From the NCBI RefSeq assembly GCF_036321535.1, contig NC_087437.1, positions 24,740,001 through 24,804,000 on the forward strand: a DNA stretch of 64,000 nt, read 5' to 3'. Below the pieces are notes generated by a model that was not told the origin of the DNA, ran no database searches, and worked only from the letters and a program-made list of their open reading frames with translations. Both the position numbers and the translations under genes were made by a program. Of the stretch, positions 1 through 12,817 are shown in pieces (position 1 is the stretch's first letter; every line of letters starts with the position of its first letter). Source of the stretch: Camelus dromedarius (lineage: Eukaryota).

Positions 1-6
1 GTAAGT
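1..6 (+). other. Possible 5' splice donor (GTAAGT) at the first base of the window
   Basis: Perfect donor hexamer at positions 1-6. The upstream exon is outside the window, so this cannot be confirmed. Confidence 0.35.
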
Positions 7-1744
7 ATTTACAAAAGAATAACAGAGTCTTTCAGTGAAACTGTGGACTCTACCAGCCTGCAGATCGTGGTCAGATTCACAGACCCAAAGAGATGCAAAC
101 TGATGAGAGCAACATTGTGGAGAAAGCTAGTTTTAGAAAAAAGTGTACAAATGTCTCGATGAAAAACAATATCTTGGAACACTTTTAAGTTTTTTGCTGC
201 ATGTTAGAATTCCTAAGGGCTTCTGTTGGTCGGTGATGGAGCAAATACTCCAGTAGTATAATTCTTTTAACTGTATAGTGAGTTATATCCCAAACAATGG
301 CATTTATGATGACATCTGTCAATGTTGATTGTGATATTTTTTAAGGTCACAATTTTCTGTTCAGGCCAATTTTTTACTGATGAAGTTGCCTTCTTATGTC
401 ACCTGCTTTATAACAGAGAATTTTCCCCAGTACAAAGAAAGACATCTCTAAATACTTAGCTGTAAGCCTCATGCTTTCTAGTCTTCTATATTCAACATCT
501 GGATTTTGATTAATAATTCTAAATCCAGCATGAGAGATTGCAGTAGACAGAGAATTACTTTTGTACAAGTCTCTCTTTTATAATTTCATTGGAGCTAAAT
601 AAGGATGGGGCCAGGCGATGAGTTATTCACATAATGCAAGAAAAAAAAATGTCACTCCAGTCCCTGGACCCCTGCAGACTTCCACAGAGTTTACCAAAAT
701 ATTTTGTAGATTTCTATTTTTTTAACTTAAAAATATGGAAGACCTGAATGAAATGGATAGGTCTCCTTTAAGAGTAAAAAAAAATTCAATTTCATTGCTC
801 AGCATGTAACATTTTTTTCTCTGTGTTTCAAATTATGTTGTGAAAGTAGATCTCCATGTCTTTTTAATACAAAACTTAGTATTGTAGTTTGGAAGAAATC
901 ATACAGTGGACCAGCTTTCTGTGATTATGCTTTCATACTTGATAAAAAAGAACTTTTCTTAATGTTCTATTGTAACACATTTTAATTTATTTCATAAGGA
1001 AAGTAACATTTAAGATAATTATTTCTTCCCTGACTATGAGGAATAAGGAATCTATGCAAATACAAAAAATTATATCACAGCCATTTTGGCATCTTGTACC
1101 TAAATACCTTTTTGCAAAGAATACTTTCAGGCTAACTCTAAAGGCTAAGTGTGACTTGATGAAGTATTTATGAGGCCTGATTGGAACCCCATTGGAAAAC
1201 AGCAGCATGCCAGGAAGAGGGCCCATAAGACACTAATTTTTTTAAGAGACTATTTCTAGTAATTGTATGTATGAAACAAGTGATGAGTTTTTTTTGCAGT
1301 TGATGATAAATAATATCTGATAAATATGTTGAAGTCGATTTGTGGGATCTAGAATTTTAAATTAATCAGTTGCTATGTGCAAACATATTTAGAACGTGCT
1401 TTCAAGTCCACCTTACTGTAATCCACCAGTAGAAAGGCTATTGGACAAATCCAACTCCTGTAATTACAATTTTTAAAATAAGAATGACTCTCAATAATTG
1501 CTAAAGGCAAAGGCAATCCAGGTGGCAGTTCAAGAAAGTGCAAGGCTAATGCAGTATGTGTCATGTACATAGTGGCACCAACGGCATTACTGAGCCTTTT
1601 TTTTTATGGTAGGACTGTTCTAAATATTTCACTTTTTTTTTAAACAATTAATACTAAAAAGGACTTAAGGTAGATACAACTTTATAAAGAGTACTTCTTT
1701 TTTACAGATGGGGCAATTTAACAAGAATGTTATTAGAGAACACA

Positions 1745-2473
1745 CAGGGTGGCAAATACTGGGATTGCCTGCTCAATATTTATTTCTGCCACCAGAACCC
1801 CTAATGCACTGATGTTCCCAGATGCATGTATTGGATCATATTGATCCAAACCCAGAGTCAGGAAACTTTCCCTAAAGGGTCAAATAATAAATATTTTAGG
1901 CTTTGTGGGCCCAGAGATTTATCTTGCAATTACTGCTCAATTTTGCTCTTGTAGCATGAAAGCACCGATAGGTAAAAAAGGATGTGTGTGGGTGTTCCAA
2001 TAAAACTTTATTTATAAAAACAGACGGCAGGTACATTTGCCCCATGGGAGTGGAATGTAGTTTGTTGACTCTGGGTCCAAACCAATGATAACCATTCTGT
2101 TTCTCATTTTTCAGCCTCTGGTACTGTGATCTTATGATTAAGCTCAGATAAATGAAACTTAAGCAGATACCTGCTGGGAGGCTATTGGCACCAATATGAC
2201 TGGCATTGCCCTTCCTCCTTTTCTTCTTTCTTCTGACTTTAATGCTTTGCTGGAGCAAAAGCTGCCATTTTGTGATCACGAGACAATAAGGTGCCAGGCT
2301 AAGAATGGGGAACAGAAAGTCAGGGAGTTCCCCAATGGCAAAGTTGAGGCTCTGGACCTTTGCCTGCAGCTGTCTGTCTCTGGACTTACTATTATACAAG
2401 AAAAACAAATTGTTATTTGTCTAAAACACTTTGGCTTTATTGTTGTTAGTTGCAGTGAAGGGAATTCTGACAC
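1745..2473 (+). mobile_element. Ancient ERVL-MaLR LTR (MLT1J/K-like), split by a MER58A insertion
   Basis: The 5' part (gtggcaaatactgggattgcctgctcaatat...cagaacccc) and 3' part (gctgccattttgtgatcac...tctggacttac...gtctaaaacact...ttagttgcag) resemble old MLT1 LTRs. Confidence 0.6.
1852..2074. mobile_element. MER58A hAT-Charlie non-autonomous DNA transposon, near full length
   Basis: Matches the MER58A consensus (aatattttaggctttgtgggcc...gttccaataaaactttattt). Terminal inverted repeats CCAGAGTC/GACTCTGG; 8-bp TSD atccaaac/gtccaaac. Confidence 0.85.
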
Positions 2474-2661
2474 ATTTCTCTAGAAATCTGAATTTAAATG
2501 CATAATCTTAGAGAGTTAAATTATTCATTGTTGTAATTTTCCCAAGTACAATGATGTTTTTGTATTTTAAAATATGGTGTTCTACATTCTGAGCGCAGAT
2601 GAACTTAAAATTTCTAATTTTAGAGCCCATGAATTTATCCTTTAGTACAAATTACTCTTTT

Positions 2662-2846
2662 TTTTTATTAGAGTATATTTGATTTACAATGTTGTGTTAG
2701 TTTCTGGTGTACAGCCTAGGACTTACATATGTGTATATATATTCTTTTTTATATTCTTTTTCATTATGGGTTATTATAAGCTATTGAATATATTTCCCTG
2801 TGCTATACAGTAGGACTTTGTTGTTTATCTACTTTGTATATTGTAG
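2662..2846 (-). mobile_element. 5'-truncated L1 3' end (artiodactyl-type) with a long TSD
   Basis: Poly-T followed by gatttacaatgttgtgttagtttctggtgtacag...ccctgtgctatacagtagga. TSD tttagtacaaattactctttt at 2641-2661 and 2847-2867. Confidence 0.9.
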
Positions 2847-2925
2847 TTTAGTACAAATTACTCTTTTACAGACCTCAACATTTTCTGAACGTGATTACAA
2901 AGTCTCTTTCCCATCCTCTGTCTCA

Positions 2926-3096
2926 CTAGTGGTTCTCAAACTTTCAAGAGTATACAAAGTACTGAGAGCTTGTTAAACATTCAGATCCCTAAGTCCCATT
3001 GCAAAAGTTTCTGACCTTGCAGGATTGTACACAAGTCTGCATTTTAAACAATTACTCCCAGTGATTGTGAAACAGGTGGCCTTGAGAAACATTGCT
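2926..3096. mobile_element. MER5A hAT-Charlie element
   Basis: gtggttctcaaactt...gagcttgttaaa...tctgcattttaa...ttgagaaacattgctctaga. Confidence 0.75.
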
Positions 3097-3594
3097 CTAG
3101 AGTCTAGACTAATTTGACTGGGTAACATGGGCCAGGATGGTGGTCATTTTCATAAACAGATGTACTGACAAAAGTCACGACACAAAGACCTCTCTCTTAC
3201 TTCCCACCAACAACCAAACATCTATCTTACACTAATAGCTTTCAAATGGAATTTCTGTTTTGTTGACTGGTAATCTGATTCAGTCAGATGCTTGACTCTT
3301 TTTGCTTTTGGCTGAATAGTGTTGAGTGATATCCAGTAGATTTAGTCATGAAACAGCCATGATGGTTAGGTTGCAAACACATGGCTGTGTTCTTCTGGCT
3401 TTGGTTAGGAAGCCTGCATGGATGGTACCCAGTACTTTGAGCATAGCAGGTGTGAAGTAAATATGTTGAAAAGATTGTAGTTCTTTATGGTAGAACTGGC
3501 TGAGATACAGGCTTCACTAACATTTGATTCTAAATTTTTATGGTCATGAGCAATAAATCATTCACCATGAACAGCATTCTCTGAGACCCAGGCG

Positions 3595-3812
3595 TATACT
3601 GTGTGCTTAAGACTGTATGCTCTGGAAACAGAGGTACTAAGTTCAGATTTTGACTCTACCTCTGAGCGACCTTGGCTAAGATACTAAACCTTTCTGCAAT
3701 TCAGTATTTTCAACTGTGAAATGAGAATGCGTCTCATTTCCCCGAGTCATGGGGTTGTTGTGAGGTTTAAATGAATTAATAGATGTTAAGCAGTTAGAAC
3801 AGTGCATAACAA
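3595..3812 (+). mobile_element. MIR SINE
   Basis: MIR core gaccttggctaag...cagtattttcaactgtgaaatgag and gttgtgaggtttaaatga. Confidence 0.8.
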
Positions 3813-4229
3813 TGCCCTTGGTAATGTTAACAAATAGAAATCACAGGGCCCCAAAGACAACTCTGGTTCTAGTTTCTGGAGTCTACATTTTAGCTCCAGT
3901 ACAATTTTCCAGCACCTCTCCCCTGCACACAGCAGTTAGTTCAATTTAACTATGCAATTTACTGTTTCTGCAACCAGCATCTTGGCTCAAGAACATTCTT
4001 TCTAAAGTGCTCCATACTGTTTTCCCCAGTGACACTGTCAGAAGGGTTCTTCCTGTCCCCTAAAATCTACAGCTGGGATCTGCAGATTTTACATTCCTTA
4101 TTGCTTCCTATTATAATAAGACGACATGGTACAATCGAAAGAACGTGGGCTTTCAAGACAGAGATAATTAAGTCAGAATTCTCTCTCCTGTCTTTGTCTG
4201 ATGACTTGTGAGGCTTAGTTCCATCTATA

Positions 4230-4900
4230 CTGAGCGTAACGTTACCCACCCCACCCTGCTTTAGAGCCGTAGTAACCATTGGAGATAATCCGTGGTCCTA
4301 GAAGGAGGTGCTTCTCCCTGGTGACCTTTGGCCGCTCCTTCTCTGTCGCAGGTTCGGTTGATGATCAAGGCACCACAAAGGCGCGACTCAGCCGTCGGAT
4401 TCCTGAGATGACACGCGGGATCCTTCTAACTCTGAGTTATCCTAGTGCTTGTTTGATTCTCATCCCGGTGCTGGTTCAAGGCAGGAGACTAACAGACTGC
4501 CTGACAATCTGTGGCTCTCAAAAAACACAGTTCGGAGGGCTGCACTAAACAAATGCCTGAAACGTGCCCCTGATTGCTTCCCGGCCGTCTCCCTCCCGCG
4601 CAGATGTCCCTGTCTGCCTTGAACTACAAATGGCTCTTAACACATTCCTGTTTTATTGCCTCCTTTTCTGTGTTGGATAACCCCGAATGAAGTTATCAGT
4701 AGAGAATAGGGGAAGTGAGAGGGTCAGGATAGGCCGGCTGCTGAGGGTTTGGTCTCGGTTTCCGCTCACTCACGGGCAAGCGCTGTACCTCATGTCTTGT
4801 CTCGGCCTTCTGTGTGCAGCATCGAGGATGGTGACTGGCACGTGATAATGGGTACCACCCACGATGACGTCATTTTTATTTCTTAGTAGAAGTTACCGTT
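4230..4900. promoter_or_regulatory. Small CpG-rich patch (CpG-island-like) with a palindromic CRE
   Basis: About 32 CpG in ~670 bp by hand count, in an otherwise CpG-poor window. ATGACGTCAT at 4864-4873. Confidence 0.45.
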
Positions 4901-5108
4901 ATTATTTCTTTATTCCCTGTAGGTAGCACAGTGCTTTGACTGTATCAGGTACTCACCATATTTGTTAACGAATGAAATAAAAGTCTTTAAGGGGTTGGGA
5001 ATTAAAGAGGGCACTGGACATGTGGAGGGCAGAAGATACAACTAGGGAGAAGGAAGAGTCCAAAAGGAGAACAAGTAGATGGAAAGGCAAATTTCACTGA
5101 CTTACAGG

Positions 5109-5648
5109 TTTTTTTTTAAAATTAATTATTTTTCTCTTGGTGTCCAGCATGTTTTAGTCATACATATACACATACATTCATTTTCATATTCTTTTTCATT
5201 ATAGTTACTACAAGATATTGAATTTAGTTCCTTGTGCTATGCAGTATAAACTTGTTGTTTATCTATTTTATATATAGTAGTTAGTATCTGCAAATCTCGA
5301 ACTCCCAATTTATCCTTTCCCACCCCCTTCCCTCCTTGGTAACCATAAGTTTGTTCTCTATGTCTGTGAGTCTGTTTCTGTTGTGTAAATAAGTTCATTT
5401 CTGTCTTTTGTTAAAAAAGATTTTTAAAGCAATATCATATGGTATTTTTCTTTCTCTTTCTGGTTTACTTCACTTAGAATGACAGTCTCCAAGTTGGATC
5501 CACATTGCTGCAGATGGCATTGTTTTATTATTTTTTATGGCTGAGTAGTATTCCACTGTATAAATATACCACAGCTTCTTTATCCAGGGATCTGTTGATG
5601 GACATTTAGGTTGTTTCCATGTCTTGCCTATTGTAAATAGTGCTGCTG
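5109..5648 (-). mobile_element. L1 3' end (camelid/artiodactyl-type)
   Basis: Poly-T then ggtaaccataagtttgttctctatgtctgtgagtctg...gatggacatttaggttgtttccatgtcttg. TSD tgacttacag at 5098-5107 and 5649-5658. Confidence 0.9.
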
Positions 5649-5769
5649 TGACTTACAGTTTTTATGTAGAACGTACCTTGACCTTATGCGTTTGGACCCA
5701 AAGAAGCTGAGAACAAAGGTATTTCACATTCTACCATGGTCATTAGGTCACCGTCAGTGCCACCCTTTA

Positions 5770-6655
5770 TTCAGTTCACTTAACCACTGGATAGAAGTAT
5801 TTACTGAATGTCTGCCATTTGTCAGGCCCTGTGCTATGTTCTGGATGTATAACATGAACAAAATCAGACCAGGTCCTCACCTTCATGGGCCTACCATTTC
5901 CTGGGAGAGTTAGATGTTAATGAAATAATCACATGAATAAATAGTTTATATTTATTATTTTTATTTATTTAAGTGCTAGAAGGAATTGCATGTTACACTG
6001 TAAGAGTGGAAAATAAGAAGACAACATTATGTAGGCTCAAGGATGACTTCCTGATAGAAATGACATTTGGAGTGAGATATAAAGAATGACTAGGTGTTAG
6101 GTTAACAAAGAGAGGGGTTGGATTAAGGTATAGAAGCACATAATCAGCTGGGAGAACGTCATCTGCTAAAGGCTTTCCAAGAGAGTGTGACACAATTAAG
6201 AAATGTGACAAAAACCCCAGGTGGCTGGACCACTAAGAGAACTTGAGATGAGGCTGCCAGTGGAGATTCCTTGGGGCCTTGTAGACCTGGATTTATTTTG
6301 AGATCAATGAGAAATACTTAATAGGTGTTTTAAACATGACATGAAATGATAAGATTATCATTTAAAAAATTATTCTGGCTGCAGGAGAAAACAGATTGAA
6401 AGAGTGGATGGGCTTGATCAGTTAGGTTACCGGTTGTAGTTCAGGTGAGAGGTGGAAAAAGAAGAGCACAAATTTAGGGAATCTCAAAATGTAAAATTGA
6501 GAGGAATTGGTGATGGATTGGTGGATGGGAGAAAGAGAAGTGTTATAGATGACTTGCATGGCTGGATATATGGTGATGCTCTTCACTGAGGAAGGCAATA
6601 CTGGACAAGAATCAAGTTTGGAAAAGCTCATGAGTAAATCTGGGAAGCAGTTGAT
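5770..6655 (-). mobile_element. L2 LINE 3' region
   Basis: Antisense L2 tail (tatttactgaatgtctgcc...ccctgtgcta...cttcatgggcctac) followed by purine-rich L2 body. Confidence 0.8.
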
Positions 6656-7052
6656 TTTACAGGAAAGCTATATAGTGCTGGCTTCCAAAATTCATTTTCT
6701 ATCATACATGGATTTTTTTTTTCCCTAAAGATAACTTAAGAACCATTTCATCAGTGTCTTCCAAAAACCATCCATCCCCAAATTTATTGTGTGCTCCCTT
6801 TAAGTAATGTTCCTTCTCTATACCTTAAGAAAGAGTAACACATACTTAGCAAGTGAAGGGGATATATGGTGTGCAATTATGGACACCAGGTATGTTCTTG
6901 ACCAGTTAGAAAACAATGCCAAAAAAGATGAAAATAATCCTATCATCTCAGCATATTGTTTTCATTTTTTCATGTCTTTTAAATTTCATGTCCCTACTGA
7001 TAATCATATTTTTCTGTAATTGTAATCAAAATATGTAGTCCATTTTGAGTAG

Positions 7053-7296
7053 TATGGGGTAATTGGAAAATAAAATTCTTTAGTGAGACATAGCCCTAGA
7101 TGAAAATTCCTGTACTGTTTGCTACATGATCTTACGCAAAACCTTTCACTCTCTGAACTTCAGCTCCTTCATCTGGAAAATGGGATAGGGGAAAGGCTTA
7201 TCACTCTCTTTATTCATTGTTAGGGTAATGATTAAATAAATACTTGTATAAAATATTTTGTGTCTGGCACATGGTAGGTGCTTAATAAATGTTAGA
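7053..7296 (+). mobile_element. MIR SINE
   Basis: ctctctgaacttcagctccttcatctggaaaatggg...ctggcacatggtaggtgcttaataaatgttag. Confidence 0.8.
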
Positions 7297-7699
7297 CATT
7301 TTCCCCTATTTCTTGTTGCCTGCTGTTTCCACTTAGCATTATATTATAAACGTTGAAAGATCAGTATAATGTTTATAATTATGCTTCTATTTTCTTCAAA
7401 AGATTTCATTGAGCCTTGTGTTGCTTAATTTTCTTTAACAGCTTTCCTACTAGTGGAAACTCTTTTTCAATTTTTGTCAGTTATGGATAATATTGCATCT
7501 GTACATATATTTTGAATTATTTCTTAAGGTTAAACATTCAATATTGTGATTACATTAGGTCAAAATTATGATGATCTGTACATAATTTGGATGCAAGTTT
7601 CTTACATGTTGGTCTGTAGGCTTGCAAATGTGTGAACACACCACATCAAACTTTTGCACTAGTGTAATATGCTTCATGGCCCTGTGTTAAGAGCAGTAC

Positions 7700-7905
7700 T
7701 ATCACAGTGAAGAAGAACAGGGGTTCTAAAGTCAGCCTATGGGTGGAAAAATCTCAATTCCCCCATTTACATATGACTTTGGGCCATTACCCAACCTCTA
7801 AAGTGTCCATTTTTTAATCTCTAAAAGTGGGGATAACAATGGTATCTTCCTTTAGGGTTTCTGTGATAAATAAGTCACAATAAATACACTGTCTAATATA
7901 TAGTA
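7700..7905 (+). mobile_element. MIR SINE
   Basis: tgactttgggccattac...atctctaaaagtggggataacaat. Confidence 0.65.
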
Positions 7906-7944
7906 AAATATATATATATATATATTAGCTTTTAAGTGCTATGA

Positions 7945-8330
7945 TTGCAATAGCTAGTGCATAGGTTAAGTTGCTGTAACAAATAGTCTGTCTTAATATG
8001 ATAGAAATATCTGACTTAATATGGTAGAGGTTTTTCCCCTCTTATATAACAGTCTAGAGATGGCAAGATGCTTAGAATACGTTGGTGGCTTTGTTCTATG
8101 GTGTTATTTGAGGACCCAGCTTCCCTCTATATTATTGGTCTGCTATTCCATGAAGTGTTACCCTCATCTGCTTGGCCGGAGCTGGCCAGTGCCACACACC
8201 AGTACCCTGGAAAGGGAATACAAGAATGGGGTAAAAGTGGAGGATTATCAGCTTCCTTTTTAAGATTGAGGCTCAGAAGTTGTATACAATACTTATGTTC
8301 ACATCCCAGAATTTACTTTATTAAGCCTAA
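7945..8330 (-). mobile_element. Ancient MaLR LTR (MLT1-type)
   Basis: ttgctgtaacaaa...ggacccagcttcc...cagaagttgtatacaatacttatgttcacatccc. Confidence 0.6.
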
Positions 8331-8999
8331 TAGGCCACCAATGAGAGGACAAACCATTACCAAATATGTTTGGTATTAATTAAATGGTTAATTAAATTAA
8401 ATGATGACAGTGATTTATTATTCCTTATTTTTTATTTTAAACTTATGTAAAGAGCTCTTTTAGATGTATTTACTCATAGTTTTAAAAATATATTATTTTT
8501 GTGCTTTCATAAACAGAAAAATAAAAGTGCAAGAAATTGATTAAGGTATTCTTAAAATTTCTTTACATTTGAGAAATGTAGACTACTGGATCACTTTTTG
8601 GCTCAGAATTGTTGATGTCCGTGTTAATTTGCACAGTATTGTCCTTTGTGCCATCAAAATTCTTTGTGACATGGCCTTTCTCTTGAGTCTTCCACTATTG
8701 TCCTCAGGATTGTACTTCCACCCACTGACACTCATTCTTTGGAGCTCATAAATTTTTTCTCAATGAGAATTGCCTCAGCTGGATAGGATGGATTTTTAAT
8801 ATAATAAATAATAATAACATTAATAATAAAAAAATGCTTTTAAAATTTTGACTTTCCTGTTTTTTGTTTTTTTAAAACCTCTCAGACTGAACTCATAGCT
8901 TTCCAGTTACTTTTCAGTTTTCCAAAGTTTGACCCAGTCTAGTCTAATGTAAAATTTAGATTTCAAATTCATTTCAGGATTTACTCTCTCGTACTATCA

Positions 9000-9650
9000 G
9001 ACTAGCTCTTGGCTTGAGGGAGGTGCACCTGTGAAGAAGACGGAATCTATTCTTCCATTCTATTTTCCTTTCTCCCCCTTGTGGCAGTGGTGAGGAGGTG
9101 GGATGGAGAAAAGAAGCAAAGAGCTCTTTACTCAGCTGTCCTCTCTTGGTTTTGGATACTTTCAGGATGCTGATGGATGAGTTTACTTGGATGTCATGCA
9201 GGAGTTCCCCCTACTGAACAGTTTCTAAACTTGAAGGATTGTTCTAGTGTGACCATTGCCTTCTCTCAACTTCTTCTCAAGGCAGTGCACCTGTCCTTTT
9301 TAGCCCCTGAGGTTTCCTCACCCAGAAGGAGCCATCTCCAGAAGGAACAGCAAAATGGTCCAAACTCAGTTGCCTTCTATAGTCTACGTGACCTGCTGGC
9401 AAATCACACAGCCCTGCCATGTCAACCAGTGGGAGTCCAAGCTGCTCTGCTATGTGTCTCCAATTCTCTTTATTTAAACAGGTACCCAGGGCAGCTACAC
9501 TAGTCTACCTTATAAACAAAAATTCAAATGAAAGTGAGATCTCAGATTCCTCTGAGAGGTTTTTAAGAGATTCTCTTAGAATCCTTCTGATTTGGCTCTA
9601 GATGAGAGGAAGGAAGCTGCCTCCACTGTAATGATCCTCCTTGATTCATC
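9000..9650. mobile_element. Possible very old LTR fragment (family uncertain)
   Basis: Compositionally distinct block with weak resemblance to ancient mammalian LTRs. No clear termini. Confidence 0.25.
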
Positions 9651-10100
9651 TCATTTCACTGTTGTTATTATTATTAAGTTTTTCAAAATTTTACATTATT
9701 AATGATTGTAATTGAAGTATTATTTAATTTTACTATGCTATGGTGATGGTAGGCGTAGCCAAGCAGTTCCGCCTTCTCTTGGCAAGTTCTGTAGGGTAAG
9801 TTCTTGGTGGTGCTTTTTAGTTTGTGAGTCCATTTAGCTTCCATTGTTCTTGTAGCACTGGACCTTCAGTGATAGTCTATAAAAACAGGAAAGACGTTGG
9901 GTTCCTTCCAGGGTTATGCCATGTAGATAGGGAAGTTTTTGTGATTCTTTTTATTCAGATAGCCAAATGACTTACTGAAACATGAAAATAACTGTTCTAG
10001 TTCGTACAGAACTCAGTCTATGAAGTGATTTGTTGCTAGGATAGCATCATCTATATAAGCTCCAAATACGTAACGATTAATCGTTAGCCTCCTGAGTCAG

Positions 10101-11050
10101 GTTTATTAAGGTATAAATTGCAAGCAGTAAAATTCTCCCTTTTTAAATGTTTTAATACTTTTTAACACACATCCCCTTACAGCTATATTTATATCTCTAT
10201 CTATAATTGTATTTTTGTAACCACCACCACCACCACCACAATCGAGTTCTAGGACATTTCCATCATCCAAAGAATTTCCCTCATGCTCCTCTGTACTCAG
10301 TCCTTTTGCTTGACCTCCAGCCCCTCATCTGATTTCTGTCCCAATATTTTGTCCTTATTCAGAATGCCATATAAATGCAATCATACGGTATGTAGCCTCT
10401 TTGTTTCTGGCTTATTCTACTTGGCATTATTGTTCTGAGATTCCTCCATGTTGTTGCATATATAAATGGTTTGTTCCCTTTTACTGCTGAGTAATAGTTC
10501 ATTGTATGACTGTTCCACAGTTTGTTTGAACATTCACCAATTGATGAATATTTGACATGGCTCCAAGTTTTAGATATCTTAAATAAAACCACTATAAGAT
10601 TTCCATATAGGTATTTCTGTGGATATATATTTTTGAGGTTTTTTTGGTGGGGGGAATAAATTATCTCATTTAGGAATGAGATTATTGGGTTGTTTGCTCT
10701 AAGAAAACGTCACACTATTTTCTAAAGAGCTGTACCATTTTGCATCCCCACCAGCAAGGTATTAGTGTTCCAGTTGCTTCTCATCCTCATGAGTACTTGG
10801 CATTGTCAGGTTGCCACGAGTTATTTTTGCTTGTTTTTAAAATTTTTGTCATTCTAGTATATGTGTAGTAGTATCTTATTGTAGTTTTAATTTGCTTTCC
10901 CCTAATAACCAATAACATTGACATCTCTTAATATACTTATTATCCACTCATATATCTTGTTTGATGAAGTTCCTTTTGTTCATTTTTGGTGGGGGCCAGA
11001 ATTATTTGTTTTCTTATTATTAAGTTTTGGAAGTTCTTTATATCTGAACA
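10101..11050 (-). mobile_element. Old L1 (L1MB/L1MC-type) 3' end
   Basis: tttattaaggtataa...accaccacaatcgag...gaatgccatataaatgcaatcatac...ccccaccagcaa...gttttaatttgc. Confidence 0.85.
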
Positions 11051-11562
11051 CACACAGTTGCGCCCTGCCCTCCCCAGTTTGTGGCTCATTTGATAGTGTA
11101 CATATTATTATTTTATTAGGAAGTGATTAACAAAGAGAGGAATAATTGACTCAGGACATTAAACTTTAAGTTAAAGGACAGCATTAGAACCAGGAGATCC
11201 ATAAAATGGTACTATTCTTTTCAAAGACAGTTTTAGAGACTTACATAATAAAAACAATATGGCAGTTCTTATTTTACCTCGTGGTACCATTGATAGTCAT
11301 CTGAGTCTTACTCATTGGCCATGAAGGGACTTGATTCTTTGGGATTGATTTGCGTGATGCTGACAGGAAACCTCTGATCAAATGATCTTATACAGTTAGG
11401 CCATTGAAGCATTAACTCTTGCCATCCATTCTCTTGGAGGAATCAAGAAATCCTTCAAGAGTAAAACACAAGATACAGCAAGTTGAAATTTGGGGGGTAG
11501 ATGATATGTAGACCAACAGTCTACAGCTTAGCTGAGGATTTCCTTCCTCAGGCACACATTAT

Positions 11563-11602
11563 GTAATACTGTATTATAGAAGGTAATACTGTATTATAGA
11601 AG
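11563..11602. repeat. Perfect 20-bp tandem duplication
   Basis: gtaatactgtattatagaag occurs twice, at 11563-11582 and 11583-11602. Confidence 0.95.
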
Positions 11603-11867
11603 TTCTCTTCCTGTGTTCTTAACGACAAAACAGTGATGGCAACAACAGGCTCAGTGTTGGTACTTTCATCAGTAGTTGGGCAAAGGAAATAAAACAAATG
11701 AGTACATTTTTTATTTGTTTGTCTTCTGTTATCTTTGAAATGAAGTTTAGTGATTAATTTTAGATTTCTAATTTTTTACTTCCCTAAGCATTGAACAGAG
11801 ACAATGGGAATTTAATTGCGGCATGAAGATTTAAGTTAAAGAGAAGAGAGCTGTGGGAGAAAGAGGA

Positions 11868-11918
11868 TGTGTGTGTGTGTGTGTGTATAATTATATATAT
11901 ATATTATTATTATTATTA
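11868..11918. repeat. Compound microsatellite (TG)n/(TA)n/(TAT)n
   Basis: Directly visible. Confidence 0.9.
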
Positions 11919-12354
11919 ATCACTCCCTTTAGGCTAACACTGTGCTAAATGCTTTCTCATACCTTACTTTATATAGGTCAATGAGAGTTGACTTTGAAAG
12001 TAATACTAAAAATACTAATTAGTTCAACTTCTTATTTAGAAATCATTTATTGAGCAGCAAGTTTGTGTACAAAACAGATACCAGAAGATAGAAAGGAAGT
12101 AAAAAGATCTGTTTCTCTGGTTATAGGTTAGTCACCTTGGGTCATCTTCTTTGAAAGACAATGAGTAGTTGGTTAGATTATGTCCCAAGCCACTCCTAAT
12201 TCTATAATTCGGTGGAAGTCTTGTTCCACTATGAATAGAGGAATCAATAAATGATCACAATAAAGTACTTTGAAGTGTGTGGCTTTCAAGTACACCCTTG
12301 TGAAAGGAACATTTTGCAGCCCTTTGTCTTCAGGAATGATCTTATCCAGGCCTT

Positions 12355-12800
12355 TTGTCCATCACTCATAAAGCATTTGTTGACTTAATTTCTTCATGTC
12401 TAAAATATTGCTAGATAACAAGAGGCATCTTCTGCTCTCAAGGAGTCCACAGTCTAAAGAAAAGCAGACAGGCAAGCACTATTTACACTACAATTTGATA
12501 ACTCTTCAATTAGAGCCTTGTAAGCAAGAAGAAAAAGACTCTAACTCCACCCGAGGAGTCAGGGAGGGTCTTGCTTCAAAGGAGACAAGAATCAGCTGAA
12601 TTGAGAAATTCACCAGGTAAATCACCAGGTATACGTGTGGAAGCACAGCAAAGACAGAACAAACAACATGTGTACACACAAGAAAATGCTTGCTTGTTCT
12701 GTCAGCCAGCATGGTGGGCGACACACCTGGGATATGAAGGATTGGCTGGAAATAAAGCCGGAAGAGGAAGATGAGAGCCAGATGATGAGGGACTTGGGTT
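12355..12800 (-). mobile_element. L2 LINE fragment
   Basis: catttgttgac...ctgctctcaaggagtccacagtcta followed by decayed L2 body. Confidence 0.7.
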
Positions 12801-12817
12801 TACTAGTCTTTAGATTA

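Noticed and set aside
1896..2408. 170-aa minus-strand ORF
   Set aside because: It lies across MER58A and MaLR LTR sequence and has no recognisable protein features.
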